A stretch of DNA of 64,000 nt, from the NCBI GenBank assembly GCA_016875395.1, contig VGRF01000001.1, positions 95,921 to 159,920 on the forward strand, given 5' to 3'. The position numbers and the translations under genes were made by a program. The notes beneath the pieces were generated by a model. It ran no database searches, was not told the DNA's origin, and saw only the letters and a list, made by a program, of their open reading frames with translations. The stretch's first letter is position 1; each line of letters begins with the position of its first letter. This stretch comes from Deltaproteobacteria bacterium. GTDB lineage: Bacteria > Myxococcota_A > UBA9160 > UBA6930. Below are positions 8,115 to 20,279 of the stretch, in pieces.

Positions 8115-9146
8115 ATGAAGACTCTCCCGTTCGTTCTCGCCCTCGGCATCGCGGCAGGGATCGCCGCACCCGCAGCGGCGCGAGACCAGATCCGCATCGT
8201 GGGCTCGTCCACCGTCTATCCCTTCTCGACCGCGGTCGCGGAGCAGTTCGGCCGCCGCGGCAAGTTCAAGACGCCAGTCGTCGAGAGCACCGGCACCGGC
8301 GGTGGCATCAAGCTATTTTGCTCGGGCGTGGGCGATCAGACGCCCGACATCGCGAACGCCTCGCGGCGCATGAAGGACACGGAGCTCGCGAGCTGTCAGG
8401 CCGCTGGCGTGAAGGAAGTCGTCGAGGTGAAGATCGGCTACGACGGCATCGTGATCGCCAACGCGAAGAAGGCGAAGCCGGTCGCGCTGAAGAAGCAGCA
8501 CATCTTCCTCGCGCTCGCGAAGCAGGTGCCGAAGGACGGCAAGCTCGTCGCGAACCCGTACAAGAAGTGGAGCGAGATCGATCCATCGCTGCCCGCGATC
8601 AAGATCGAGGTGCTCGGGCCGCCGCCGACTTCGGGAACGCGCGACGCGTTCGTGGAGCTGGCGATGGAGGGTGGGGCGAAGACCTTCCCGATGCTGGCCG
8701 CGCTCAAGGAGAAGGACGAGAACGCCTTCAAGGCCGCCGCTCACGCAATCCGCGAAGACGGCCACTACGTCGAGGCGGGCGAGAACGACAACCTGATCGT
8801 GCAGAAGCTCGTCGCCAACCCGAATGCGTTCGGCGTGTTCGGGTACTCGTTCCTCGAGGAGAACACGGACAAGGTGCGCGGCAACGCGGTCGACGGCGTC
8901 GCGCCGAGCTTCGATGCGATCGCGGACGGGAAGTACGGGATCTCCCGCGCACTCTTTTTCTACGTGAAGAAGGCCCACGTCGGGAAGGTGCCCGGCCTGA
9001 AGGAGTTCATCGCGGCGTTCATGAGCCCCGCGGCGGCCTCCGAGGACGGCTATCTCGCCGACAAGGGCCTGATCCCGCTCGCAGCGGCGGAGCGCGCGGC
9101 GGTGGTGAAGAGCGCGACGGCGCTCACGGCCTTCGCGCTGAAGTAG
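8115..9146 (+). CDS. pstS: Phosphate ABC transporter substrate-binding protein
   Basis: IRIVGSSTVYPF and TGTGGGIK motifs. ATG 8115 (7 codons inside the track ORF) follows GAGGAAA and yields the signal peptide MKTLPFVLALGIAAGIAAPAAA. Confidence 0.9.
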   Translation: MKTLPFVLALGIAAGIAAPAAARDQIRIVGSSTVYPFSTAVAEQFGRRGKFKTPVVESTGTGGGIKLFCSGVGDQTPDIANASRRMKDTELASCQAAGVKEVVEVKIGYDGIVIANAKKAKPVALKKQHIFLALAKQVPKDGKLVANPYKKWSEIDPSLPAIKIEVLGPPPTSGTRDAFVELAMEGGAKTFPMLAALKEKDENAFKAAAHAIREDGHYVEAGENDNLIVQKLVANPNAFGVFGYSFLEENTDKVRGNAVDGVAPSFDAIADGKYGISRALFFYVKKAHVGKVPGLKEFIAAFMSPAAASEDGYLADKGLIPLAAAERAAVVKSATALTAFALK

Positions 9147-9189
9147 GCTCGCGCCGGCACGGCGTGCTCCGACGCGCCGGAACCTGCTC

Positions 9190-10389
9190 ATGCTGTTCCC
9201 CGCACTCGCAACGATCGCCGCACTGGCAGCGCTCGCCTTCTGGCTCGGCCGGGGGCGGGCGCTCGCCGTTTCTCTCGCCGAGGGCCGGCTGCGCGCGCGG
9301 CCGAATTATTACGGTGGCTACGTCGCGCTCTGGGCCGCGCTGCCCGCGCTCGCGGCGACGATCGCAGCCGCGCTGTTCGCGCCTGCTGCGCGCGGCGCGC
9401 TGCTCGCGGCGCTGCTCGCCGCCGGGCTCGCCGGCGCGTTCTTCGCGCGCCGCCGCGTCACCGCGGCGCTCAACGCGCGCGTGCCGGTGGAGCGCGCGAC
9501 GCGCATCGCGCTCGGCGCGAGCTCGCTGGTCGCGATCCTCACCACCGTCGGCATCATCGCCTCGCTGCTGTTCGAGGCGTGGCGCTTCTTCGAGCGCGTG
9601 CCGATGAGCGAGTTCCTGTTCGGTTTGCAGTGGAGCCCGCAGACCGCGATTCGCGAAGACCAGGTCGGCTCGTCCGGCGCCTTCGGCGCGGTGCCGGTCT
9701 TTGCGGGCACGCTGCTGATCACGCTGATCGCGATGAGCGTCGCCGCGCCGATCGGCCTGCTCAGCGCGATCTACCTCGCCGAGTACGCGCGACCGCGAGT
9801 GCGTGCGCTCGTGAAGCCGCTGCTCGAAGTGCTCGCCGGCATTCCCACCGTCGTCTACGGATTCTTCGCCGCGCTCACGGTCGCGCCCGCGGTGCGCGGC
9901 TTCGGCGAGCGCATCGGGCTCGACATCGCGTCGGAGAGCGCGCTCGCGGCCGGCGGCGTGATGGGCGTGATGATCATTCCCTTCGTGTCGTCGCTGTCGG
10001 ACGACGTGATTCGCGCGGTTCCGCAGTCGCTGCGGGAGGCTTCGCTCGGCCTCGGCGCAACGCCGAGCGAGACGATTCGCCGCGTCGTGTTCCCCGCCGC
10101 GCTGCCCGGCATCGTCGGCGCGCTCTTGCTCGCGGTCTCGCGCGCGGTGGGCGAGACGATGATCGTGGTGATGGCGGCGGGCCTCGCCGCGAACCTCACC
10201 GCGAACCCGCTCGAAGCCGTCACGACCGTCACGGTGCAGATCGTGACGCTGCTCGTGGGCGATCAGGAGTTCGACAGCGCGAAGACGCTCGCCGCGTTCG
10301 CGCTCGGCCTCGCGCTGTTCCTCGTGACGCTCGTGCTGAACGTGATCGCGCTCGAAGTGGTGCGCCGCTACCGGGAGCAATATGAGTGA
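9190..10389 (+). CDS. pstC: Phosphate ABC transporter permease PstC
   Basis: Polytopic membrane protein with EAA-loop region EASLGLGATPSETIRRVVFPAALPGIVGA. Second position in the pst operon. Confidence 0.88.
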   Translation: MLFPALATIAALAALAFWLGRGRALAVSLAEGRLRARPNYYGGYVALWAALPALAATIAAALFAPAARGALLAALLAAGLAGAFFARRRVTAALNARVPVERATRIALGASSLVAILTTVGIIASLLFEAWRFFERVPMSEFLFGLQWSPQTAIREDQVGSSGAFGAVPVFAGTLLITLIAMSVAAPIGLLSAIYLAEYARPRVRALVKPLLEVLAGIPTVVYGFFAALTVAPAVRGFGERIGLDIASESALAAGGVMGVMIIPFVSSLSDDVIRAVPQSLREASLGLGATPSETIRRVVFPAALPGIVGALLLAVSRAVGETMIVVMAAGLAANLTANPLEAVTTVTVQIVTLLVGDQEFDSAKTLAAFALGLALFLVTLVLNVIALEVVRRYREQYE

Positions 10390-11650
10390 CGCGAAGCGCG
10401 CGCTGCTGAAGAAGCGCTACGCCGCCGAGCGCCGCTTCCGGCGCGTCGGCCTCGCGGCCGTGGGCGTCGCGCTGACCGCCCTCGCGGTGCTCCTCGGCAG
10501 CATCGTGTGGCAGGGCGTGCCCGCCTTCACGGAGCACCGCGTTCGGCTCGAGGTCGTGCTCGACGAGGCCGAGATCGATCCGGATGGCTCACGCGACCCG
10601 GAGCTGCTCGCCGAGGCGAACTGGGCGGGCCTCCTGAAGAGCGCGCTGCAGGCGCACTTCCCCGAAGTCGAGAGCCGAAGCGAGAAGCGCGAGCTTGCGG
10701 AGCTGCTCAGCAGCGGCGCTGCCTACGACCTCGCGGACCGCGTGCTCGCGAACCCGAAGCTGATCGGCACGACGACCTCGCTCGAAGCGCTGCTCTCGGA
10801 CGACGCGAGCCTCGCGCTGCGCGGCGAGATCGATCGCGACGTGCCGGAAGAGGAGCGCGTGCTCAGCGACGCGCAGCTCGCGTGGCTCGACTCGCTCGCG
10901 GAGCGCGGCCTCGCGCGCGAAGCGTTCGCCGCGCGCCTGCTGACATCCGGCGACAGCCGCGAGCCCGAGCTCGCGGGCATTCTCGGCGCCGCAGCCGGCT
11001 CGTTCTGGACGCTGCTCGTCACGCTCGCGCTCTCGTTCCCGCTCGGCGTCGCCGCGGCGCTCTACCTCGAGGAGCTCGCGCCGAAGAATCGCTGGACCGA
11101 CCTGATCGAGGTCAACATCAACAACCTCGCCGCGGTGCCGTCGATCGTGTTCGGCTTGTTAGGCCTCGCGGTCTTCCTCGGCTGGTTCGGGCTGCAGGGT
11201 TCGGCGCCACTCGTGGGCGGGATGGTGCTCGCGCTGATGACGCTGCCCACCGTGATCATCGCCGCGCGCGCAGCGATTCGCGCGGTGCCGCCGTCGATCC
11301 GCGAGGCGGCGCTCGGCGTCGGCGCCTCGCAGCTGCAGACCGTGTTTCATCACGTGCTGCCGCTCGCACTGCCCGGAGTGCTCACCGGCACGATCCTCGG
11401 CATGGCGCGCGCGCTCGGTGAGACTGCGCCGCTGCTCATGATCGGCATGGTCGCGTTCATCGTGGACGTTCCGGCTGGCCCGCTCGATCCCGCGTCCGCG
11501 TTGCCCGTGCAGATCTTCCTGTGGGCCGACAGCCCGGAGCGCGCGTTCGTGGCGCGTACGTCGGCGGCCATTCTCGTTCTGCTCACGTTCCTCGTGCTAA
11601 TGAACCTCGCGGCGGTGCTGCTCCGCAGCCGCTTCGAACGCCGCTGGTGA
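10382..11650 (+). CDS. pstA: Phosphate ABC transporter permease PstA
   Basis: EAA-loop [29 protein letters not shown] and a long periplasmic loop after TM1. Overlaps pstC by 8 nt. Confidence 0.88.
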   Translation: MSDAKRALLKKRYAAERRFRRVGLAAVGVALTALAVLLGSIVWQGVPAFTEHRVRLEVVLDEAEIDPDGSRDPELLAEANWAGLLKSALQAHFPEVESRSEKRELAELLSSGAAYDLADRVLANPKLIGTTTSLEALLSDDASLALRGEIDRDVPEEERVLSDAQLAWLDSLAERGLAREAFAARLLTSGDSREPELAGILGAAAGSFWTLLVTLALSFPLGVAAALYLEELAPKNRWTDLIEVNINNLAAVPSIVFGLLGLAVFLGWFGLQGSAPLVGGMVLALMTLPTVIIAARAAIRAVPPSIREAALGVGASQLQTVFHHVLPLALPGVLTGTILGMARALGETAPLLMIGMVAFIVDVPAGPLDPASALPVQIFLWADSPERAFVARTSAAILVLLTFLVLMNLAAVLLRSRFERRW

Positions 11651-11663
11651 GCCGGAGCCCAGG

Positions 11664-12428
11664 ATGTCGTTCTTGACCAAGATCTCGGCGCGCGGCCTCA
11701 ACGTTCATTACGGCGAGAAGCAAGCGCTATTCGACGTGAACCTCGACATCCCGAAGCAGAACGTCACCGCGCTGATCGGCCCGTCGGGCTGTGGCAAGTC
11801 TACGTTTCTGCGATGCGTGAACCGCATGAACGACCTGATCGAGATCTGCCGCGTCGACGGCAAGCTGATGCTCGACGGGGACGACCTCTACGCGGACGGC
11901 GTCGACGTCGTCGCGCTGCGCGCGCGCGTCGGCATGGTGTTCCAGAAGCCGAATCCGTTTCCGAAGTCGATCTACGAGAACGTCGCGTACGGCCCGCGCA
12001 TCCACGGCCTCGCGAGCAAGCGCGCAGACCTCGACGAGATCGTGATCACGAGCCTCGAGCGCGCGGGCCTCTACGGCGAAGTGAAGGAGCGCCTGCACGA
12101 CTCCGGCACGAGCCTCTCGGGCGGCCAGCAGCAGCGGCTCTGCATCGCGCGCGCGATCGCGGTCAGCCCCGACGTGATCCTGATGGACGAGCCGTGCTCG
12201 GCGCTCGATCCGATCGCGACGGCCCGCATCGAGGAGCTGATCGGCGAGCTGCGCGAGAGCTTCACGATCGTGATCGTGACGCACTCGATGCAGCAGGCCG
12301 CGCGCGTCTCGCAGACGACGGCGTTCTTCCACCTCGGCCGCGTGGTCGAGTGCGGCGACACCGCGCAGATCTTCACCGACCCGCGCGACAAGCGAACGCG
12401 CGACTACATCACCGGAAGGTTCGGATGA
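11664..12428 (+). CDS. pstB: Phosphate ABC transporter ATP-binding protein
   Basis: Walker [10 protein letters not shown], signature [14 protein letters not shown], Walker [13 protein letters not shown]-loop VTHSM. Confidence 0.95.
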   Translation: MSFLTKISARGLNVHYGEKQALFDVNLDIPKQNVTALIGPSGCGKSTFLRCVNRMNDLIEICRVDGKLMLDGDDLYADGVDVVALRARVGMVFQKPNPFPKSIYENVAYGPRIHGLASKRADLDEIVITSLERAGLYGEVKERLHDSGTSLSGGQQQRLCIARAIAVSPDVILMDEPCSALDPIATARIEELIGELRESFTIVIVTHSMQQAARVSQTTAFFHLGRVVECGDTAQIFTDPRDKRTRDYITGRFG

Positions 12429-12445
12429 GCAAGCGGCGCATCGCC

Positions 12446-12492
12446 GCGCGCAGCGAGGCGAAGTCTTCGGAGCCGAGCGGAGGTCGAACAGT
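12446..12492 (+). repeat. R2-core motif copy (GCGCGCAGCGAGGCGAAG..GAGCGGAG) in the pstB-phoU spacer
   Basis: Shares GCGCGCAGCGAGGCGAAG and GCCGAGCGGAG with 37871-37895 and with the insert in R1 copy B (54868-54905). Confidence 0.6.
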
Positions 12493-12546
12493 GGCTTCTA
12501 CATCAGTGAGGACGCGAAAGTCGCGCGCGACCGCGCCGTTGCGAGC

Positions 12547-13218
12547 TTGCCGATGACGCGGCCCGTCGAGCCCGTGCTCACGAACCTCCGTCAACAGTTG
12601 TTACGGATGGGCAGCCTCGCCGAGGCGATTCTCGAGAAGTCGCTGCAGAGCCTGTGGCGTCTCGACGTCGCGCTCGCCCGCGAGGTGAAGATCGACGACC
12701 TCGAGATCGATCGGCTCGACATCGCGATCGACGACCTCGTGCTGCGCATTCTCGCGACGCAGGCGCCCGTCGCGGACGATCTGCGAAACGTGATCGCGTG
12801 CAAGATGATCGCGACCGACCTCGAGCGCGTGGGCGACCTCGCGCGCAACATCGCGAAGAGCGCCGAGCGCCTCGCCACGCGCGCGAGCGTCGAGACGCCG
12901 CCGCGCCTGCGCACACTCGCCGAGGAGGCGCAGCGCATCCTGCGCCGCGCGCTCGACGCGTTCTCGGAGCACGACTCCGCGCGCGCGACGGACGTGCTGG
13001 CCGACGACGATCAGGTCGACGCCGACGAAGACGCCGTGATCCGCAGCGCGATCGAAGAGATCGCGACGCACCCAGAGTTCACCGCGCAGGAAGTCGACTT
13101 CATCCTGATCGCGAAGAACCTCGAGCGCGTCGCCGATCACGCGACCAACATCGCGGAGGACGTAATCCTCGCGACGCAGGCGCGGAATGTGAAGCACGCA
13201 GCGAAGTTGCTCGCCTAG
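12547..13218 (+). CDS. phoU: Phosphate signalling modulator PhoU
   Basis: 223 aa with two PhoU repeats (DLEIDRLD.., DLERVGDLARNIA / NLERVADHATNIAE). Terminal gene of the pst operon. Confidence 0.92.
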   Translation: MPMTRPVEPVLTNLRQQLLRMGSLAEAILEKSLQSLWRLDVALAREVKIDDLEIDRLDIAIDDLVLRILATQAPVADDLRNVIACKMIATDLERVGDLARNIAKSAERLATRASVETPPRLRTLAEEAQRILRRALDAFSEHDSARATDVLADDDQVDADEDAVIRSAIEEIATHPEFTAQEVDFILIAKNLERVADHATNIAEDVILATQARNVKHAAKLLA

Positions 13219-13242
13219 GACTTCGTCTCCGACGCGCGCCTG

Positions 13243-13342
13243 CTCTTCCATGTTGACTTCGCATCGGCCTCGAAGACTCGGCCGCTGCTGCGCGCTCCGC
13301 TTGCGGCCTCGGCCGACATGCTTGGCAGGAGCGTTCGTCATC
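13243..13342 (+). repeat. R2 copy a: structured 3'-flank repeat
   Basis: TTGACTTC, then hairpin GCATCGGCC[TCGAAGACTC]GGCCGCTGC (13261-13288), then CTGCGCGCTCCGCTTGCGGCCTCGGCCGAC..GCTTGGCAGGAGCGTTCGTCATC. Begins 25 nt after the phoU stop. Confidence 0.75.
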
Positions 13343-13531
13343 GAGACTCCTCTGACGTGCTCTCGGCGCGTCAGACTCGGGTGCTTTGGCGAGCGTCGGG
13401 GAGCTCCGTGGCGCTGACGCAAGTCGTGGGCAGACCGCACGTGTCGTTGCCGGTTCGTCACGGGTGGGACACCGGGGCGTCGCGAGGGCGCGACGCGGTC
13501 TGATGCGACGTTCCTCCGCTGAGCTTCGCGG

Positions 13532-14953
13532 TTACGACCGCGCGATCGCGTCGAGGATGACGCCTTCGCGCAGGCCCCAGTCGCACACCGCAACCTCGCG
13601 CAGCCCGAGTGAGCGCAGGATCTCTCGCACGATCAGCGCGCCGGTGGGGAGAAGATCGGCGCGGCGCGCGGACATGCCGCGCATGCGCATGCGACCCGCG
13701 TGCGTGGAGTCCGCGAGCTTCGCGACGAGTGCGTCGAGCTCGCTGCGGCGCAGGCGCGCATCGGGCGGGATGCGGTGCGTGTCCTCGTCGAGCGCGTTCG
13801 CGAGCCGATAGAGCGCGCGCACGGTGCCGCCGATCGCGACCGCGCTCTGCGCCGCGAAGCCTTCCACGCGCTCGCGCAGCGGCGCGAGGGAGTCGCGCAC
13901 GCGCGCAGCGATCGCCTCTTGCTGCGCGCTCGTGAGCGGGTCGTCGCGCCCGAGCTCTTGGTGAATGCGGACGCTGCCGATCGGGAGCGAGCGCTCCCAG
14001 CGCACCTCGCCATTCGCGCCGAGCGCGAGCTCGAGGCTGCCGCCGCCGAGGTCGATGCCGAGCGCGCGCTCGTCGTTCAGCGAGAGGCGCTGCGCGATCG
14101 CGCGAAAGATCAGCCGCGCTTCCTCTTCTCCCGAGAGCACGCGCACGCGCTCGTCGAGCGCCTCCGACAGGCGCGCCACGACCTCGCGGGAGTTGGTGGC
14201 GTCGCGAAGCGCCGCCGTCGCCACGGCGATTACGCGATCGGCGCCTGCGTCAGCCGCGTCCTTGCGCATCTGCGAGACGGTCTCGACCGCAGCATCCGCG
14301 GCGGAGCGCGGGATCTTTCCGCCCTCCGTAATCAGTGCACCGAGCCGCAGCATCACGCGCTCGCGTCCGACGCGATGGATCGCGCCGCCGGGCTCGGCGT
14401 CCGCGACGAGCAGGTGAAACGAGCTCGAGCCGAGGTCGAGCACCGCGAGGCGCTGCGCACGCGGGCCGCCGACGCGGCGGCTTGGAGCGCCCGAGGTGTC
14501 GCGTGGTAGCCAGTAGGTCGCCCGCGGTCGCTCCCCGGCATCCGCCTCGACGCGCCAGAAGGAGCCTTTTTCGCACTCGATCTCGCTCGGCTTCACCCCA
14601 TCGGCGTCGAGCGAGGCAAGCAGCACGGGCAAGAGATCGCCGTGGCCGCACAGCACGACGGGCTCGGCGGCGAGCGACGCCAACAACAACGCCGCGCCAT
14701 CGAGCGTCGCGCCCTCCGCGAGCCGAGCGTCCTGCTCGATGCGCAATCCCGTCGTTTGCGCGAGCGGCTCGAGCGTCTGCACGCAGCGCACGTGGGGTGA
14801 CGAAATCAGCCGCCGCGGGTGCTCCTCCGCGAGCGCCGTGGCGATCGCCTCGGCCTGCAGATCGCCCGCAGGCGTGAGCGGGCGCAGCTCGTCGTCTTCG
14901 CGCCAGCGATTGCGGCTAAAGGCCTTGGCGTGGCGGACCAAGAACAGCTTCAT
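13532..14953 (-). CDS. ppx: Fusion protein: SixA-like histidine phosphatase (N-terminal) + Ppx/GppA exopolyphosphatase domains
   Basis: N-terminus MKLFLVRHAKA..RPLTPAG..SSPHVRCVQT..CGHGDLL (His-phosphatase fold, about 150 aa). It is followed by an ASKHA fold: LAVLDLGSSSFHLLVAD.., IDLGGGSLEL, AIGGTVRAL. No C-terminal HD domain. Confidence 0.8.
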   Translation of the reverse strand: MKLFLVRHAKAFSRNRWREDDELRPLTPAGDLQAEAIATALAEEHPRRLISSPHVRCVQTLEPLAQTTGLRIEQDARLAEGATLDGAALLLASLAAEPVVLCGHGDLLPVLLASLDADGVKPSEIECEKGSFWRVEADAGERPRATYWLPRDTSGAPSRRVGGPRAQRLAVLDLGSSSFHLLVADAEPGGAIHRVGRERVMLRLGALITEGGKIPRSAADAAVETVSQMRKDAADAGADRVIAVATAALRDATNSREVVARLSEALDERVRVLSGEEEARLIFRAIAQRLSLNDERALGIDLGGGSLELALGANGEVRWERSLPIGSVRIHQELGRDDPLTSAQQEAIAARVRDSLAPLRERVEGFAAQSAVAIGGTVRALYRLANALDEDTHRIPPDARLRRSELDALVAKLADSTHAGRMRMRGMSARRADLLPTGALIVREILRSLGLREVAVCDWGLREGVILDAIARS

Positions 14954-15025
14954 CTCGCGCGCTCGCCCCCTCGCGGGCTTGACCCGACTTGCTGGGCGAG
15001 TTTCTCGGGAATGCCGGGGCGCTCG

Positions 15026-16900
15026 TCAACGCGCGCGCTCGGCGGCGGCCGCCTCGTGCATCGCGCGCTGGAGGCTCGCGCCGGCCCGGCGCGCGACGCG
15101 ATGCCACGCGCCGTCTTGATCGAGCTCCCAGGCGTGATCGTCGTCGCGCCGCGCGGCTTCGATCAGTGCATCGAGCCGGCGCTGGTGCGCCGGCGTCTCG
15201 ATCGGCACGAGCGCCTCGATTCGTTGCGAGAGGTTGCGGGTCATCAGGTCCGCGGATCCGATGAAATAGCGGTAGCCGCGCCGCTCCGAGCCGAAGCGGA
15301 AGATGCGCGAGTGCTCGAGGTAACGGCCGAGGATCGAGCGCACCGTGATGCGCTCGGAAAGGCCGAGCACGCCGGGTCGCAGGCAGCTGATCCCGCGCGA
15401 GACCAGCTCGATGCGCACGCCGGCGCGCGAGGCTTCGCAGAGCGCATCGATCATGGCGGCATCCTGGATGCCATTGACCTTGATGAACGCGCTGCCGTCT
15501 GGCTCGCGCATCTCGGCATCCAGCTGCTCGACGAGCGCGCTGCGCAGGTTGTGCGGCGCGACCAGCAGCTTCTCGTAGCTCGGCGCGCGCGAGAGGCCGG
15601 TGAGATGGTTGAAGAGCAGCGCGACGTCGCGGCCGATCTCGGGGGACGCGGTGAAGAGGCCGAGATCCTCGTACACGCGAGACGTCACCGGGTTGTAGTT
15701 GCCCGTGCCGATGTGCGAGTAGCGCTGCACGCCGCCGGGCTCTTCGCGCACCACCAAAGCGAGCTTCGCGTGCGTCTTCAGCCCGATCACTCCGTAGACG
15801 ACGTGCGCACCGGCGCGCTCGAGCAGCTGCGCGCGCTCGATGTTCGCGCGCTCGTCGAAGCGCGCGCGCAGCTCCACGACCACTGCGACTTCCTTGCCGG
15901 AGCGCGCGGCGTGACAGAGCGCGAGCACGACGGGGTTCTCGTTGCCAGAGGCGCGGTAGAGCGTGTGCTTGATGGCGCGCACGTGCGGATCGCGCGCGGC
16001 CTGCCACACGAACTCCTCGACCGAGCCGCGAAAAGACTCGTAGGGGTGGTGCACGAGCACGTCGCCGCGCTTCAGCACCGCAAAAAAATCCGGCGCGCGC
16101 TCGTGCTCCTCGCCGCGCAGCTGCGGAGGTTGCACGGGGACGAGCGAAGGGAACTTCAGCTCGGGTCGCTCGAGATTCGCGATCTCCCAGAGATCGCCGA
16201 GCTCGCCGAGCGCATGGAATTCATAGGTGTCGTCAACGCGCAGCCCGAGGTTTTCGCGCAGCAGCGCGCGCATGCCTTCGGGCATTTCGCGCTCGACCTC
16301 GAGACGCACTGGATGGTTCGTGCGCAGGCGGCGCTGCAGGCCCGAGGCGACGGCGTCGAGCAAGTCGTCGGCCTCGCCTTCATCGAGCTCGAGGTCGGCG
16401 TCGAGCGTCACGCGGAATGCGTGCTGCTCGAGGATGCGCATGCCGGGAAAGAGCAGATCGAGCTTCGCGGCGATCAGCTCCTCGATCGGCAGCAGCGGCT
16501 CGCCGCCGCCAAGCGCGATGAAGCGCGGCAGGTTCGGCGGCACCTTGACGCGCGCGAACGAGATCGCGCGCTGCTGCTCGGGGTTCTCGAGCCACACCCC
16601 GAGATTCAGCGAGAGGTTGGAGATCGCGGGAAACGGATGCGCGCTGTCGACGGAGAGCGGCGTGAGCACGGGCTCGACGTGGCTCTCGTAATAACTCGTC
16701 GCCGACTCGCGCGCGCTCGCGCCGAGGTCCTTCCAACTCGCGATGCGGATGCCGAAGCTCCCGGCGTCTACCTCTGGGACGAAGACCGCCACGAAGTCGA
16801 ACGCGCCGCCCGCGACCTCGCCGCCGGCCGTCAACCCGCCCGCCCCACCCGCCGCATGCTGATCATCCCGCTGCAAGAGATCGCAACAGCGATCAACCAT
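15026..16900 (-). CDS. ppk: Polyphosphate kinase 1, apparently N-terminally short (624 aa)
   Basis: PPK1 motifs: LTPLSVDSAHPFP, HIGTGNYN, YFIGSADLMTRNLSQRIE, and the two PLD-like C domains. Only about 45 aa precede the GIRIASWKDL segment, and no N-domain motifs are visible. Confidence 0.85.
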   Translation of the reverse strand: MVDRCCDLLQRDDQHAAGGAGGLTAGGEVAGGAFDFVAVFVPEVDAGSFGIRIASWKDLGASARESATSYYESHVEPVLTPLSVDSAHPFPAISNLSLNLGVWLENPEQQRAISFARVKVPPNLPRFIALGGGEPLLPIEELIAAKLDLLFPGMRILEQHAFRVTLDADLELDEGEADDLLDAVASGLQRRLRTNHPVRLEVEREMPEGMRALLRENLGLRVDDTYEFHALGELGDLWEIANLERPELKFPSLVPVQPPQLRGEEHERAPDFFAVLKRGDVLVHHPYESFRGSVEEFVWQAARDPHVRAIKHTLYRASGNENPVVLALCHAARSGKEVAVVVELRARFDERANIERAQLLERAGAHVVYGVIGLKTHAKLALVVREEPGGVQRYSHIGTGNYNPVTSRVYEDLGLFTASPEIGRDVALLFNHLTGLSRAPSYEKLLVAPHNLRSALVEQLDAEMREPDGSAFIKVNGIQDAAMIDALCEASRAGVRIELVSRGISCLRPGVLGLSERITVRSILGRYLEHSRIFRFGSERRGYRYFIGSADLMTRNLSQRIEALVPIETPAHQRRLDALIEAARRDDDHAWELDQDGAWHRVARRAGASLQRAMHEAAAAERAR

Positions 16901-16961
16901 TAGGGAACGCAGCGAACGGGAGGCGCCAACGCGCGGAGCACGATGGCTGACGCGCCGCCAC

Positions 16962-17081
16962 CCGAGCCAGATCGGCTCGGATGACGAACGCTACTCCCAA
17001 GCGGGTCGGCCGAGGCCGCAAGCGAAGCGCGCAGCTTTCCGCGGAGTCTTCGGAGCGGAAAGCGAAGTAAACAAGGAAGAG
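16962..17081 (-). repeat. R2 copy b: structured 3'-flank repeat
   Basis: The minus strand reads TTTACTTCG, hairpin CTTTCCGC[TCCGAAGACTCC]GCGGAAAG (17035-17062), then CTGCGCGCTTCGCTTGCGGCCTCGGCCGAC..GCTTGGGAGTAGCGTTCGTCATC..GATCTGGCTCGG. It lies between the ETF-QO stop and the ppk start. Confidence 0.8.
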
Positions 17082-17133
17082 CGCAAGCCCCGTTACTCAG
17101 ACCGCCCACAGAGGCCGCACACCTCGCCGCCGC

Positions 17134-19288
<2,155 letters not shown>

Positions 19289-19313
19289 TGCGAGCGATGC
19301 GCATGCGCTCGCG

Positions 19314-20279
19314 GTGTGCGGTGTTCGCGCACTCAGAGTGGGCGTGAGCGCGATGCGCGCAGAGTCGGCCATCGTCGACATCGCGCGCGATTTCTTGGCC
19401 GCGCACCGCGCGCTGCGCGCGATCGGCGCGAGCGAGGCGGCGGGCTCGCTGCGCTTCGACGAGGTGCGCGAGTTCGTCGGCGACGACGAGCGCAGCGTGC
19501 TGTTCCGCCTGAAGGAGCGCTGCCACGCGCTGTTCCGCGGCGACGACTCGGAGATCGCCACGAGCGCGCTCTTCGATCTCGCGGTGGGCTCGCTCTTCCA
19601 CGAGGCGATGAAGCTGCGCGAGCACGTCTATCAGGCCGACGTGTACGCGCCGAAGGTCGCCGCGCTGCGCGCGCGCGGCGTCAGCGACGAGAGCGGCCTG
19701 CTCGCCGAGTTCGACAAGCTCGTGCGCGACGCGCGCGTGCGCCTCAAGGAGTCGGTGGCGGAGTCGCGCGTGTTGTTAGGGCGGACGACGGCGCAGTTCC
19801 GCGTACTGCTGAGCAGTTACGCGGACAACGGGCTGCTGGCGCGCTTCCTGGTCGAGAACGCGGGCGAGCTCGCGCGCGCGTTCGATCGCAGCGAGGACGC
19901 CGCGCTGGCCGATCTGCACGGAAGCGCCGGGGCCGCGTGGCGCCGCGCCGCGTGGTCGTACCTCGCGAGCGGCTTCTTCGCGGAGGCGACGCGCGCGCTC
20001 GCCGAGGCCGAGCGGCGCGGCGAGCGCGGCCCCGAGCTCGTTCGCCAGCGCGCGTTCGCGGACGGCATGAGCGCGTACCTCGCGGGCCGCTACGACGCGG
20101 CGCTGAGTGGCCTCGAAGCGTGGGTGGGCGCGCAGCCCGGCGGCGACGAGCTGCGCCTTGCAGCGCTCGCAGCGTCCGCGATGGCGGGTGCGAAGAAGCT
20201 CGCGGCGAGCGATGCCGCGCTCTCTCAGCGTGCGGCGCAGCTCGCGGACCGCCTGCGCGCGCTCTCCTCGCGCGCCTAG
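19314..20279 (+). CDS. Hypothetical protein (Ala/Arg/Leu-rich, helical, TPR-like C-terminus)
   Basis: Coding-like ORF with no recognisable motif. The start may be GTG 19314 or ATG 19353. Confidence 0.5.
   Translation: MCGVRALRVGVSAMRAESAIVDIARDFLAAHRALRAIGASEAAGSLRFDEVREFVGDDERSVLFRLKERCHALFRGDDSEIATSALFDLAVGSLFHEAMKLREHVYQADVYAPKVAALRARGVSDESGLLAEFDKLVRDARVRLKESVAESRVLLGRTTAQFRVLLSSYADNGLLARFLVENAGELARAFDRSEDAALADLHGSAGAAWRRAAWSYLASGFFAEATRALAEAERRGERGPELVRQRAFADGMSAYLAGRYDAALSGLEAWVGAQPGGDELRLAALAASAMAGAKKLAASDAALSQRAAQLADRLRALSSRA

Noticed and set aside
13318-13503. The 61-aa ORF in the phoU-ppx intergenic region, and two hairpins (13353-13375 and 13477-13496), as a small gene or terminators.
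   Set aside because: The ORF has no SD and an implausible composition. The hairpins lack U-tracts. They may help terminate the convergent phoU and ppx transcripts, but this cannot be supported from sequence alone.
16900-17109. The 69-aa minus-strand ORF upstream of ppk as the missing PPK N domain.
   Set aside because: It has no PPK N-domain motifs, is in a different register, and its sequence is mostly the R2 repeat.
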